Shown here piece after piece: positions 47,602 to 58,900 of a DNA stretch of 64,000 nt (positions are counted from its first letter, which is position 1; every line of letters starts with the position of its first letter). Source of the DNA: Pseudomonadota bacterium (GTDB lineage: Bacteria > Myxococcota_A > UBA9042 > GCA-2863065); assembly GCA_005776725.1 (NCBI GenBank), contig SXOO01000217.1:2944-66943 (forward strand), in the 5' to 3' direction. The translations under genes were made by a program, and so were the position numbers. Under the pieces are notes generated by a model. The model did no database searches. It had not been told where the DNA came from and was given only the letters and a program-made list of their open reading frames with translations.

Positions 47602-49190
47602 ACCGGCACGACGCCTCGCCGCCGCCACGGCCGCTCGACCGTCTTGTTCTTGGTCAGCTCGAGGCCGTGGAGCAGCACGGCGCGCGTGTCCCTGGGGTCG
47701 ATGACCTCGTCCACGAACGCGTGCGCGGCCACCTTCGTCACGTTGATGTGCGGCCGGATGGCGTCGGCCATCTGCTTCACCATGGCCTCCCGGACCTCTG
47801 GGGTCGGTGCGGCCTGAAGGGCCTTGGACGCGGCGATCGACACCATGCCCTCCGGCCCCATGACGCTGATCTCCGCCGTGGGCCAGGCCACGAACACGTC
47901 CGGCTCGTACGCGCGCCCGTTCATGACGTAATACCCGGCGCCGTAGCCCTTCCGGACCACCACGGTCAGCTTCGGTACCGTCGCGTCAGCCACAGCGAAC
48001 AGCATCTTCGCGCCGTGCCGGATGATGCCCTCGCGCTCGACCTTGGACCCGATGAGGAAGCCGGGCACGTCTTGCAGGAAGACCAAAGGCACCCGGTACG
48101 CGTCGCACAGCGTGACGAAGCGCGCCGCCTTGTCCGCCGCGTTGACGTCGAGGACGCCGCCCAACATCTTCGGGTTGTTCGCCACGAAGCCCACCGGGAA
48201 GCCCCCGATTCGCGCGAAGGCGGTCACGATGTTCTTGGCCCACTTGGGCTTCATCTCGAGCAGCTCGCCGTCGTCCACCAGCAGCTCGATGAGCTTGCGC
48301 ATGTCGTAGCTGGCCTTCGGGTTGTCGGGCAGGAGGTCGAGGATGCGGTCATCGAGGCGCTCGGACTCCTTCGGGGCGTACGCTCTCCGCGGCGGGGCGT
48401 CGTTGCAGGAGGACGGCAGGAACGACAGGAAGCGCTTGATGGAGTCGAGGCAGTCCTGATCGGACTTGAACTCCTGGTCCGCCACGCCGGACTCCTCGTT
48501 GTGGACTCGGCTACCGCCCAGCTCCTCTTCGGTGATGTCCTCACCCACCGCCGCCTTGACAAGCGGTGGGCCGCCGAGCGCCATGGAGCTGGTCTTCCGC
48601 ACCATGGGCACGTAATCCGCGAGGCCGGGGATGTAGGCGGTGCCGGCCGCGCCGGGTCCCACCATCGCGGCCACCTGCGGGACCACCCCGGACATGTGCA
48701 CCTGCTCGCGGAACAGGTAGCCCGAGTCAGCGAAGTACGAGATCGTGGACGCTTGGTTGAGGCCTCCCTTCGGGTGCAGGCGGGCCCCGGCCGAGTCGAT
48801 GAGCCAGACGATAGGGATCCGCTGGCGCAGCGCCGTCTCTCGGAGCCGCGTCACCTTGACCTCGCCGGTCATGCCGATGCTGCCGCCCAGAACGGTGAAG
48901 TCGTACGCGGCGCAGGCCACGAGCCGCCCGTCGATGCGGCCCGTGCCGGTGATCACACCGTCCGCCGGCGCCAGGACGTCTTTTATCTCCTCGTTACCCA
49001 CGTGGAACGTGGCCAGGGAGCCGAACTCCTGGAAGGTCCCGGCGTCGAAGAGGTAGGCGATGCGCTCGCGCGCCGTGAGCTTCCCGCGTTCGTGCTGGCG
49101 GGCCACCCGCTCGGCGCCGCCCATCTCGGCGATCTCGGCGCGGCGCCGCTCGAGCTCGGCCACCATCTGACGCATCCGATTCTCGGTCAT
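47598..49190 (-). CDS. Acyl-CoA carboxylase carboxyltransferase (beta) subunit
   Basis: GKLTARERI, DFTVLGGS, DSAGARL, GGPPLVKAAVGE, ELGG, DKAARFV..CD, DVPGFLIG, RKGYGAGY, WPTAEISVMGPEG. Confidence 0.95.
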
Positions 49191-49357
49191 CTCGCAGCTC
49201 CTCCCGGCAACAGGGCCGGCGGAGCGTAGGGGGCGAGGGGCCGGGGGGTCAACGGTGTTAGGAAGTTAACGCGTCGCCCACACCGAGTTATGCACGCTCA
49301 CCCCGGTGACGGACGGATAGTAATGCAAAAACAGCATGTTGCGCTTGACAAGAAGGT

Positions 49358-49373
49358 TGGCTCGGCCATTGCA
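49358..49373 (+). promoter_or_regulatory. sigma54 (-24/-12) promoter of the barrel/metalloprotease operon
   Basis: TGGCTCG-GCCA-TTGCA with exact GG-N10-GC spacing, one mismatch to TGGCACG-N4-TTGCW. Upstream near-palindrome GTGTTA-N6-TAACGC (49255-49272) at an enhancer-like distance. Confidence 0.7.
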
Positions 49374-49528
49374 TACCGCTTTCGCGCCGTCGCACCTGAA
49401 TCCGGGGGGCCGCGAGCGCGAAGTGCCTTGGAAAGCTGCGGTTTATGCCTCGGATTTCCCTTGCAGCAGCATGGGCGCGGGACTACAACCGCCTGTCTTC
49501 AAGGCCGGTAGAAGGTCGGAGGAAACGC

Positions 49529-50617
49529 GTGAAGCTCTGGAAGACCCTCATCGCAGCAACCGCAGCGCTCTTCGTGAGCGCGCCCTCTGCGGTCGCCGGC
49601 GAGAAGCAAAAAAAGGACAACGCCTCGGCCACCGCTGCCGCGCCTGCGCCGGCTGCGAAGTCGTGGATGAGCCGCTTCAACGGCTCGCTCGTCTACGAGA
49701 ACGCGCTCGGGATGGGCACGTTCACGACCAAGGGCGAGTCGGCCCAGCCGCTGTGGAACATGTCCTACAGCGTGCGGCTCGGATACCTGCTCCACGAAGC
49801 GTCGAAGCTCAGGCTCACGCTCCGGCTCGACATGGATCAGAACGTCGTCGAGAACTACGCGTCCGCCAACACCCGGCCGCACCAGTTCCAGCTGTACGAC
49901 ATCCGACTCAGCCTCGGCCAGGGCGCCTTCGTCGGGTTCGTCGCGGACGGCTTCGGCCCCATGAGCGACAAGGGTGAGCGCCAGCCGGTGCTCAGCTTCG
50001 ACTGGTCCACCACCCTCATCTTCCCCACGGCCAAGGCGTCGCAGCTGGCCAACAAGTACCTCGGCGTCAGCGGCGGGCTCACCACCCACTTCACGCCGTT
50101 GAGCTGGATGGACCTTCGCTACGGCTTCGGCGTCACGAAGAACTTCAACCGGTTCACGAATCAGGTGCTCGACGTGTCGGACGTGTCCCTCCCCACGCCC
50201 TCCCGGGCGAACGGCGCGGAGAACGTGGCCGAAGGCCTCGTCGCGCTGGGCGGAGCGAACCTCGAGTGGTCGTTGTCACACGACATCGGCCTCGACTTCA
50301 GCTGGGGCGTCGGGCTTGGAGACATGGGCTTCACGCTCGGCTGGACCTACTTCCAGAGCATGACCTACGCCAACTTCACCAAGGACGAGCTGTCTTCGGA
50401 GTTTGCCAAGGCCGGCCGCGGCTACTCCGACCTCATGCGCGGCGTGGTTGAGGTCAGCTGGGCTCCGATTACCCACTTCGCGGTGGGTCTCGGCTGGCTC
50501 GTCGATCAGACCCCCAAGAACACGTCGGACGGCTCGTTCCGCTTCCCGTGGTGGGACACCACCAACGGCGCGGACAACGTCCAAACCTTCTATCTCGACC
50601 TCGTCGCCAGCTTCTGA
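49529..50617 (+). CDS. Outer-membrane beta-barrel protein (~12 strands)
   Basis: GGAGG RBS + GTG, Sec signal KLWKTLIAATAALFVSAPSAVA, ~12 amphipathic strands with aromatic ends, and BAM-type C-terminus FYLDLVASF. Confidence 0.8.
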   Translation: MKLWKTLIAATAALFVSAPSAVAGEKQKKDNASATAAAPAPAAKSWMSRFNGSLVYENALGMGTFTTKGESAQPLWNMSYSVRLGYLLHEASKLRLTLRLDMDQNVVENYASANTRPHQFQLYDIRLSLGQGAFVGFVADGFGPMSDKGERQPVLSFDWSTTLIFPTAKASQLANKYLGVSGGLTTHFTPLSWMDLRYGFGVTKNFNRFTNQVLDVSDVSLPTPSRANGAENVAEGLVALGGANLEWSLSHDIGLDFSWGVGLGDMGFTLGWTYFQSMTYANFTKDELSSEFAKAGRGYSDLMRGVVEVSWAPITHFAVGLGWLVDQTPKNTSDGSFRFPWWDTTNGADNVQTFYLDLVASF

Positions 50618-50676
50618 GGTCGCTCCCAATGTTTTTTCACGATAGCTCCGCCTCTTTTCCTGCGAGGGAGAACCCT

Positions 50677-53600
50677 ATGACTCAGCGGCCCCATGGATGG
50701 CTCCGTTCCGCGTTCGCGGTCGGGCTCGTCGGCCTTCTCGCGTCGAGCTGTGCCGAGGAAGTCGGCGACATCGACCGGACGTCCCCGAACAAGCTCAAGA
50801 AGACCCAGTTCGCTGGCTCTTGGTACTTCCTCCAGACGATGATCGACGTGCCGCAGCAGACGGCGCAGGGCTTCATCGGCAACACCAACTTCGGCAACAG
50901 CGCCAAGGTGGTGTTCGAGCTCACCGAGGACTGGCTGTACGTCCTGCCCATGCAGGAGACGGTTCAGTTCTCGGAGAAGCCGTACAAGGTGAAGAAGATC
51001 CGGAACTACTGGGAGCCGGGCCAGTCCCACGAGTTCGTCGAGCTCTACGTCGGCGAGCCCATCGCCGCGTTCCCGGTCGAGTCGCACTTCGACGTACGCC
51101 GCGAGTACAGCACCTCGACGGGCAAGCAGTCGAACGTGATCAGCGAGAACGCCACGGATCGCGTCTGGCACGAGCGCGAGTACGTCCGCATCAACTGGGG
51201 CGGCAACGCGGTCACCGACTGGATGTTCCCGCTCGGCTCCTCGCAGATGAGCTCCGTTGACCACTACGTGCAGGGCGTCGAAGACCAGACCCTGCGGCCC
51301 GACGGCGCCGGTACGAACCCGGACATCGCCGAGTTCGAGGGCGACTACATGTCGTTCGTCACGAAGGCGTTCGTCGCGCCGTCGGAGGCCAACTGGCAGG
51401 GCTACCTCTGCGACCCCTACGGCGTGTCCAACAAGGACTGCGCGGGCTCCGTCATCAAGGTGCGCCACAGCTTCAAGCGAGCTGATGCCACGCCGGACGT
51501 CGAGACCTTCGTCTACACGAACCGCGAGCACATGGACAAGTTCGGCTTCTTCCTCGCCGAGCGGCACGCGTACGACAGCCTGTGGGACCTCACCGAGTCC
51601 AAGCGCGACTACAAGGCGCAGCGCTGGAACCTCTGGCAGAGCACCTGGGATTACCGGAAGTACGTTGACGGCGTCGCTCAGGACAAGACCGAGGACGTCA
51701 TCCTCGGCACCGACGGCCAGCCGCTGCGCTGCCGCGACCACGTCGACTGCGGCACCGACGACAAGGTGCTCGACTTCACGGCGCTCCGCTGCGTCAAGGA
51801 CTCCATCTACGAGGCGGGTACCTGCAAGCGCGGCACGCTGCACAAGCTCGCCGACCGCGGGCTCCGCCCCATCATCTATCACATGAGCGCGCTCATGCCG
51901 GATGACGGCGAGCGGCAGTGGATGCGCCAGCAGTTCTACAAGAGCGCAGACGAGTGGTCGCGCGTGTACAAAGACGCCGTGGCCTGGGGCCTCGCGCTCG
52001 AGGACAAGGGCCAGTACTGGACGCGGGCCTGCGAGACGAACGCTGACTGCACCAAGGGCCGCAGCGACGTTCTGGTGGACCACGCGTTCCCCATGCCGCA
52101 GCTCGTCGATGGCGCCGCGAAGGCCGTAGGCTGCTCGGCGACCAACCCGTGCGCCAAGAACCAGAACTGCAAGAACGACGCGCAGTATGGTGACGTGTGC
52201 CACTGGAACGAGTCCGGCGAGCTGGTGGTCGAGTACGACCAGAAGACCGGCACCCGCAAGGGCACCGTCGTGATCTACGAGAACGCCGGCAAGTACGCGG
52301 TCGCGCTGGTGCAAGACGGCCAGACGCCCCCGTCGGGTGCGGCTGTCCGCTTCGTCAATGTGTCCGGCGCCGACGCCACGCTCACCGCCAATGGCGCGAC
52401 GCTCGCTCTCTCAGGCAAGCCGGCCGACAGCGGCTGGTACGAGGAGGTCATCGGGCAGACCGCCGGTGACGTCACGTTCGCCGCCGGCGGCAAGACCACC
52501 GCCCTCAAGCTCGCCAACAGCGGCGACTACGTCGTCGTCCTCACCGCCGACGGCCTCTACGCCGCTGGCGCGCTCCGCGCCTCGGGTGACGGGCTCCGCT
52601 TCTATTATGCCAGCGCGTCCACGAGCCTGATCGAGGCCGGCCTCAACGGGGCCCGGATCGTCGATTACTTCGGAGCCGGCCAGCTCAGCGCGTACGCGCC
52701 GCAGCCCTTCGACGAGGCTCGCGTCGTCGTGACCGCGCTGGGCGCCCAGGGCGACGTCACCTGCTTCTTTGCCGGCCACGAGGGCCGCTGCTCCGGTTGG
52801 TCGGCCTCGTGGTCCGAGGACGACAACAAGAAGGTCGCCGAGTACAAGGCCACGCTGCCGGACATGTTCCTCCTGTGTGAGAACCAGTACGACGCGGCCA
52901 ACGAGCAGAAGAACTTCGACGCCGCGAAGAGCGCGGGCGACACGCAGGCCGACCGCGGCAAGAACTGGGAGCTCGAGGCGGCCGCCCTGAATGACGGCCG
53001 TTACTCGGTGGCGGGCAAGAACCCGTACAACACCGGGCTCGGCCAGAACCAGAACGTCCCGGGGATCTTCAACCCCTGCCGCGACCTCGTGGCGGGTGAT
53101 CCCACCGCGCTGAAGAAGATCGGCGACATGCGCTACAACTACATCTACTGGGTCGCCGAGAACCAGGCGGCCAGCCCGCTCGGCTACGGCCCGAGCGCGG
53201 GTGACCCCGAGACCGGGCAGCTCGTCTGGGGCACCGCGTACATCTATGGCGCCCCCACGCTCACCTACGGCCAGGCGTCGAAGGACCTCGCCGACATCGT
53301 CAACGGCGTCACCGACCCGGCCGACGTGGTCACCGGAAAGTACATCCGCGACTTCGTGCAGCGGAAGGGGGACGTCCTCCCGCAGGACAACTCCGGCACG
53401 CTCTTCGAGGGCGGACTCGCTCACGCAGAGCACGCCCACGAGCACCCGCAGTTCGACGCTGCGGGCGTGGTGCACCCCGCCTTCGATCCCTTCAAGAACG
53501 AAGAGATCGTGCGCTTCATGACCGACAAGGCGTTCCAGAAGCAGCTGCTCCTGGGTCTGCCCACCGTGTCGGACAACATGGTCTCGGCCCGCCTCGACGC

Positions 53601-55881
53601 CATCCGCGGCACGGCCCTCGAGGACATGATGATCAACGACGAGGTGCGCTTCGCCGTCGGTGGCTCCCTGGAGAGCGCGCCGACCACCAACGCGCTCCGC
53701 GAGAAGCTCAGCCCGGCCTCGTGGGCCTCGGGCAAGGTTGCCCGCGCCGAGCTCAGCCAAGGTCGGAACAAGGCCCTGGCGAAGGCGCCGTGCTCCTTCG
53801 ACCGCGAGTTCATGGACGACAACATCTACGGTATGGCGAAGGAGTTCTTCTGCACGGATGACGAGCGCGCCGCGGGCACCAAGGAGTGCCTCGAGGGCGA
53901 CGACCTCCGGTGGAAGATCACCGTCCGCATCGCCTCGGGCCTCATCGAGCACGAGATCGGTCACACGATGGGCCTTCGCCACAACTTCGGAGGCTCGCCC
54001 GACCTCTTCAACTTCCACGACCAGTACTACGAGGTTCGTGAGAAGGAGCAGATCTACTGCAAGTCGGACGGCCACTGTGACGAGGACTACGGCGAGACCT
54101 GCCTCCTCCAGACGGCGTGCAGCGCGTCGAACCCCTGCCCGGGCGGCCTCACCTGCGTGACCGGTCAGTGCGTCGACGGCATCGGTGTGCAGACGGGCCT
54201 CTGCGCCCTCGATGGGACGCCCGTCGAGAAGCTCGCGCCCCGCGCGAAGATGACCGAGCAGGAGCGCCTGAACAAGCTCTCCGAGTACCAGTACAGCACG
54301 GTCATGGACTACGGCGGCACCTTCAACGCCGACGTGCACGGCCTCGGCAAGTACGACTACGCGGCGATCAAGTTCGGCTACCTCAAGATGGTCGACATCT
54401 ACACCGACACCTCCAAGATCCGGGAGCGCATCGCCTCGCTGTCCGAGCGCTACGGCAACGACCCGTCGAACTTCGCCTACTTCCTCGACACCGACGGATG
54501 GCGCTACGCGGGCGTGCTGTTCTCACCGTTCTACTATCTCGAGAACTACATCGGCGTGGAGCAGAACAAGAAGCGCCGCGCGGCCTCGTACGAGCAGGTC
54601 AAGCTCGAGAAGGAGATGGTCACGAACTACGACTCGGGTGAGCTCTACTGGAGCTACATCGAGGTGCCCTACCGCTTCTGCTCCGATGAGTTCAACGGCA
54701 ACCTCGGCTGTTACACCTGGGATACCGGCGTGGACGTTGGCGAGATCGTGCACAACGCCATCGGCAAGGTCGACGAGTACTACATCATCGATGCATTCAA
54801 GCGGGAGAGCCTGTTCAAGGGCGGCGACTCCTTCATCCGCAGCTACTACAGCCGCCTCCTCACGAGGTACCTGAATGTGCTCGCGGACAGCGGTCGCTAC
54901 TTCGCCATCTACGACAACATCTTCCGCGATCGGTCGTGGTACCCGGACTTCTCGAGCAACATCTACTCGCTCGGGACCCTGGCCAGCGCCGCTCAGCGCT
55001 CGTTCAACCACCTCGCTCAGATGATCGCGGCGCCGGCGCCGGGCTCCTTCGAGCAAGGCAGCGACGGGGTGTACCGCAACATCAGCTACGAGGAGGTCGC
55101 GGGCGCCGACCTGACGGTCCCCGTGGGCGTCGGCAAGTTCCCGTACACGCAGTTTCTCTCGCCCGAGTTCTACGGGTTCGAGAACCACGTGCTCTTCGTG
55201 GGCGGCTTCTGGTCGAAGCTCGCGGCCCTCGAGACGCTGACGGACAGCACCTTCTACTCGTCCTCTGACTGGGTCGGCGAGCAGCTGCCCACGGGCCGGA
55301 GCACGTCGGTCGGCTTCAACACGCTCTACCAGCGCGAGATGACGAACCTCCTCGGCGGCCTCATCGCCGAGTCGCTCGGCGAGTACAGCGGCCTCGCGGA
55401 CGTGGGCACGGACGGCAAGCCCGTATTCCGGACCCGCGACCTCTTCAACCCGGCCGATGGTGCGGGCGCCCCGTCGGTGGAGCCGAGCCTCAACAACCTG
55501 AGCCTCAAGCTCTACGCCACCTGGTACGGCATGGCCAACCTGCCCGCCGGCTTCGACCCGAGCTTCACGGACGCGATGGCTGTGTTCCTCGAGGGCCACG
55601 GCGACGAGTACGACCTCACCACCACGGCGTCTGGCGTGGAGATGACGGAGTTCAAGGATCCCTTCGGCGGCAAGACCTACCGGGCCTACGCGCCGAACTA
55701 CGACTCCGGCCGTATCGCACCGGCGTACACCATCGTTCAGCGCGCTCAGGCGGCGCGCGAAGCGTGGGAGAACGCGTCGGGCCAGGCCAGGCTGGAGCTC
55801 GAGCGCCAGATGAAGAAGGACATCGAGGTTCTCGATGCCCTCCGCAGCTTCCAATCCGTTTACGGCAGCCTCACCTACTGA
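50677..55881 (+). CDS. Giant zinc-dependent metalloprotease lipoprotein (metzincin, EcxA/DUF4953-like), 1734 aa
   Basis: ATG at 50677 with GAGGGAG RBS, lipobox LLASSC, HEIGHTMGLRHNF, Met-turn STVMDY, inserted Cys modules and an Ig-like (DUF4397-like, VRFVNVS) region. Confidence 0.88.
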   Translation: MTQRPHGWLRSAFAVGLVGLLASSCAEEVGDIDRTSPNKLKKTQFAGSWYFLQTMIDVPQQTAQGFIGNTNFGNSAKVVFELTEDWLYVLPMQETVQFSEKPYKVKKIRNYWEPGQSHEFVELYVGEPIAAFPVESHFDVRREYSTSTGKQSNVISENATDRVWHEREYVRINWGGNAVTDWMFPLGSSQMSSVDHYVQGVEDQTLRPDGAGTNPDIAEFEGDYMSFVTKAFVAPSEANWQGYLCDPYGVSNKDCAGSVIKVRHSFKRADATPDVETFVYTNREHMDKFGFFLAERHAYDSLWDLTESKRDYKAQRWNLWQSTWDYRKYVDGVAQDKTEDVILGTDGQPLRCRDHVDCGTDDKVLDFTALRCVKDSIYEAGTCKRGTLHKLADRGLRPIIYHMSALMPDDGERQWMRQQFYKSADEWSRVYKDAVAWGLALEDKGQYWTRACETNADCTKGRSDVLVDHAFPMPQLVDGAAKAVGCSATNPCAKNQNCKNDAQYGDVCHWNESGELVVEYDQKTGTRKGTVVIYENAGKYAVALVQDGQTPPSGAAVRFVNVSGADATLTANGATLALSGKPADSGWYEEVIGQTAGDVTFAAGGKTTALKLANSGDYVVVLTADGLYAAGALRASGDGLRFYYASASTSLIEAGLNGARIVDYFGAGQLSAYAPQPFDEARVVVTALGAQGDVTCFFAGHEGRCSGWSASWSEDDNKKVAEYKATLPDMFLLCENQYDAANEQKNFDAAKSAGDTQADRGKNWELEAAALNDGRYSVAGKNPYNTGLGQNQNVPGIFNPCRDLVAGDPTALKKIGDMRYNYIYWVAENQAASPLGYGPSAGDPETGQLVWGTAYIYGAPTLTYGQASKDLADIVNGVTDPADVVTGKYIRDFVQRKGDVLPQDNSGTLFEGGLAHAEHAHEHPQFDAAGVVHPAFDPFKNEEIVRFMTDKAFQKQLLLGLPTVSDNMVSARLDAIRGTALEDMMINDEVRFAVGGSLESAPTTNALREKLSPASWASGKVARAELSQGRNKALAKAPCSFDREFMDDNIYGMAKEFFCTDDERAAGTKECLEGDDLRWKITVRIASGLIEHEIGHTMGLRHNFGGSPDLFNFHDQYYEVREKEQIYCKSDGHCDEDYGETCLLQTACSASNPCPGGLTCVTGQCVDGIGVQTGLCALDGTPVEKLAPRAKMTEQERLNKLSEYQYSTVMDYGGTFNADVHGLGKYDYAAIKFGYLKMVDIYTDTSKIRERIASLSERYGNDPSNFAYFLDTDGWRYAGVLFSPFYYLENYIGVEQNKKRRAASYEQVKLEKEMVTNYDSGELYWSYIEVPYRFCSDEFNGNLGCYTWDTGVDVGEIVHNAIGKVDEYYIIDAFKRESLFKGGDSFIRSYYSRLLTRYLNVLADSGRYFAIYDNIFRDRSWYPDFSSNIYSLGTLASAAQRSFNHLAQMIAAPAPGSFEQGSDGVYRNISYEEVAGADLTVPVGVGKFPYTQFLSPEFYGFENHVLFVGGFWSKLAALETLTDSTFYSSSDWVGEQLPTGRSTSVGFNTLYQREMTNLLGGLIAESLGEYSGLADVGTDGKPVFRTRDLFNPADGAGAPSVEPSLNNLSLKLYATWYGMANLPAGFDPSFTDAMAVFLEGHGDEYDLTTTASGVEMTEFKDPFGGKTYRAYAPNYDSGRIAPAYTIVQRAQAAREAWENASGQARLELERQMKKDIEVLDALRSFQSVYGSLTY

Positions 55882-55912
55882 TCCGGGCAAGAAGGACGAA
55901 AGGGACAACCCA

Positions 55913-58900
55913 ATGAAGACCATGTTTCGTCATCTCTTCGCCTTGACGCTCGCGGGCGGCGCGGCCACGGCCGTCGGCTGTGCTCAGGAGCTCGAAGAGA
56001 TCAATCGCGTTCAGAACAACGTCACCAAGAAGGCCGACCTTCGCGGTGAGTGGTACTACCGCCAGACGGTGGTGGATGCGCCGTACACGTCGCTCGAGTT
56101 CTTCCCGGGCAATCAGAGCATGCTCTCTCGGGGCGTGTTCGAGATTCAGTCGGGGACGCTCTACTTCTTCCGGACGTACGAGCTGATGATCGGCGGCGAG
56201 ACCCTCGGTGCCGCCTCCGACATCGACACGCCTCTCTACGAGGTCGACGCCAACGGCGAGGTCGTGATCGACGCGAAGACGGGCAAGCCGAAGCCGGTCA
56301 CCTACCTCCGGCGCGTAGGCGACGAGCTCGTCACGGTGCAGAAGTACGTCTATCGCGGGGTGCCGCTCGCGGCCTTCCCGATCGAGAAGCACTTCGACAT
56401 CCAGCAGGGCTACAACCCGTTCACTGGTGAGGCCACCAACGTCACGGACGAGAACAGCTCGGATCGGCAGTGGTGGGAGACGGAGTACATGCGCGTCAAC
56501 TGGGGGGCCTCGAGCTTCAAGCCGGTCGACAGCGTGTCCAACGGCTCGGGCGGCACCAGCGTCGAGGAGTACTTCGACGAGGAGCGGGAGCCCGCCGAGG
56601 CCCCGGTGTACGAGCGCTCGGCCACGGGCGACCTCACGTACTTCGACTATCTGAGCCGCAAGACGATGGGCGCGCCCACGTCGTACCTCGAGGACTACGG
56701 CGTCATCCCGTCGTGCCTCTACTACCCCTGGTATCTCGGGCAGGTCGCTGAGTGCGTCTCGGAGCGCGTCACGTTCCGCGAGGCCTTCAAGCGGGTCGAG
56801 CCCAGCGACTACGTCGCTTGGGACTACGACGACAAGAACCTGAAGAAGTTCGGCTTCTTCCGGAACGAGCGCTCGCAGTACGACGCGGTGTACGGCAACA
56901 CGTTCTCGGGTGCGTCCCGCCGGATTCAGCGGCACCGCATGTGGGAGACCTACGTCGTCAAGCAGGGCGCTGCGTGCGACCTGGCGGCCGACTCGGACGC
57001 GCAGAACAGCTGCCAGGCTGGCGAGGTCTGTGAGGCCCTCGCCGACGGCAAGGCCTTCTGCGTGAACGCCGACGCCAACGACCGGCTCGACTACTCGAAG
57101 ATGACCCCGAAGCCGGTGGTCTACTACATGAGCGAGCAGTACCCCCGTGAGCTCGTGCCCGAGGCGGTGCAGCTAGCGGCCAACTGGTCCACGCCGCTCG
57201 TCGACGTCGTCGCGGTCCGCAAGGGCACGGCGCCGGAGCACCCGATGTTCATCGTGTGCGAGAACAACCGCGCCGAGGCCGCTGCCGCCATGCAGGCCCT
57301 CGGCAAGGACGTGAACAACGCGGCCGATGTCGAGGAGGCCCAGAAGGCTGGTCTGCTCGGCGAGATCGACCCGACGTTCTGCGCCGACATGGACAAGACC
57401 AAGCGCTTCGGCGACCTGCGCTACTCGCTCCTCGCGTCGGTGAACGCGCCGATCTCGTACGGCCTGTACGGGTACGGCCCGTCCAGCGCCGACGCGCTGT
57501 CGGGCGAGAACCTGTCGGCCAACGCCTATATGTACACGCCGGCGATGAAGCAGGGCGCGAACATGGCGATGGTGGCCATCGAGCTCCAGACCGGTATCCG
57601 CAGCTTCTGGGAGAGCGTCTACGCCAACCACGTCCGGGACGTCGGCGAGAAGGGCCGACTCGGCGCCGCCCAGGGCGGGCTGCCGAAGTACACGCTGGCC
57701 ACCGCGCGCCTCGCGGCCAAGGGCCTGCTCACGCCGGACGTGCGCGAGCGGCTCGAGACGATGGGCGTGGAGAAGACCGACGGCGCGTACGCCGAGAACC
57801 GGATGGCGCTGCTGGCCAAGAACGCTCCGGAGCTCGCGGCTGAGCTCGTCACGGAGGACGTGAAGGTCATGCTTCGCGACCCGTCCCTCGCCTTCCCGGA
57901 GAAGGACACCACCGACAAGCTCGTGGCCCGCGCCGGTATGCAGGTCTGGGGACACCACCGCGGCAACCTCGGCAAGAAGCTCGAGGAGATGCGGGTCAAC
58001 AGCACGCGGGCCTGCCGCTTCGAGGACCACTTCGCCGACAACGCCATCCTCGGTCTCGCTCGTGAGTACGGCCAGGCGATGGATCAGGCCGTCTGCGATG
58101 CTGCGAAGGCGTCCGGGAACCCGCACTTCGACTTCCAGGTGTTCGAGGAGTACCAGGGTCCTTGCGACTCCGAGGGCGCCGAGAGCGCCGATGGCCTCCT
58201 CAAGTGCGTGAACGTCGCCACGGGTGCTTCGCAGGAGGGTCTCTTCTGGGAGAACCGCTGCTCCGTCGGCCAGCTCAAGGCGCAGATCGCCAACGCGGTC
58301 GTCGACCTCGAGCAGACCAACCCGTACTACTTCGCCAACGACTACTTCCCGCCGGACCCGATCTACACGAACACCAAGCACGAGTCGCTCAACGCGGCCC
58401 AGATGGTGATCCGTGACGCGATCGAGGCCAAGCGCGGAGAGCTCGTCACGGCCCTCTACAAGCGCATCTACCAGGGTGTGGCGGAGCACGAGGTCGGTCA
58501 CACCCTCGGCCTGCGCCACAACTTCGAGGCGTCGACTGACGCCATCAACTTCGGCAAGGAGTACTGGGACCTCAAGGGCAAGTTCGGGCAGGACGGGAAG
58601 TTCCACGCGACCGATATGTTCGCCGGTGAGACCGCGTACCAGACCAAGAACATGATGCGCCAGATGCAGAGCGCCTCGGTCATGGACTACAGCGCGAAGT
58701 TCAACGACCGCTTCCAGGGCGTCGGCTACTACGACCGCGCTGCCATCCGCTACGGCTACGGTGGCCTCGTCGAGGTGTTCAACAAGACGCCGGACACCGA
58801 GCAATTCGCCAAGTACATGGAGGATCCTGCCGATACGGATCCCTCCAACACCGCGCTCGTGCCGGATCTCTCGACCACCCCGCTCGAGAGTGTGTTCAAG

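Noticed and set aside
49345-49373. Perfect TTGACA as a sigma70 -35 for the barrel operon
   Set aside because: No acceptable -10 at 16-18 bp. The overlapping sigma54 motif fits much better.
50618-50676. T-rich spacer between the barrel and protease 1 as a terminator
   Set aside because: No strong stem precedes the T run.
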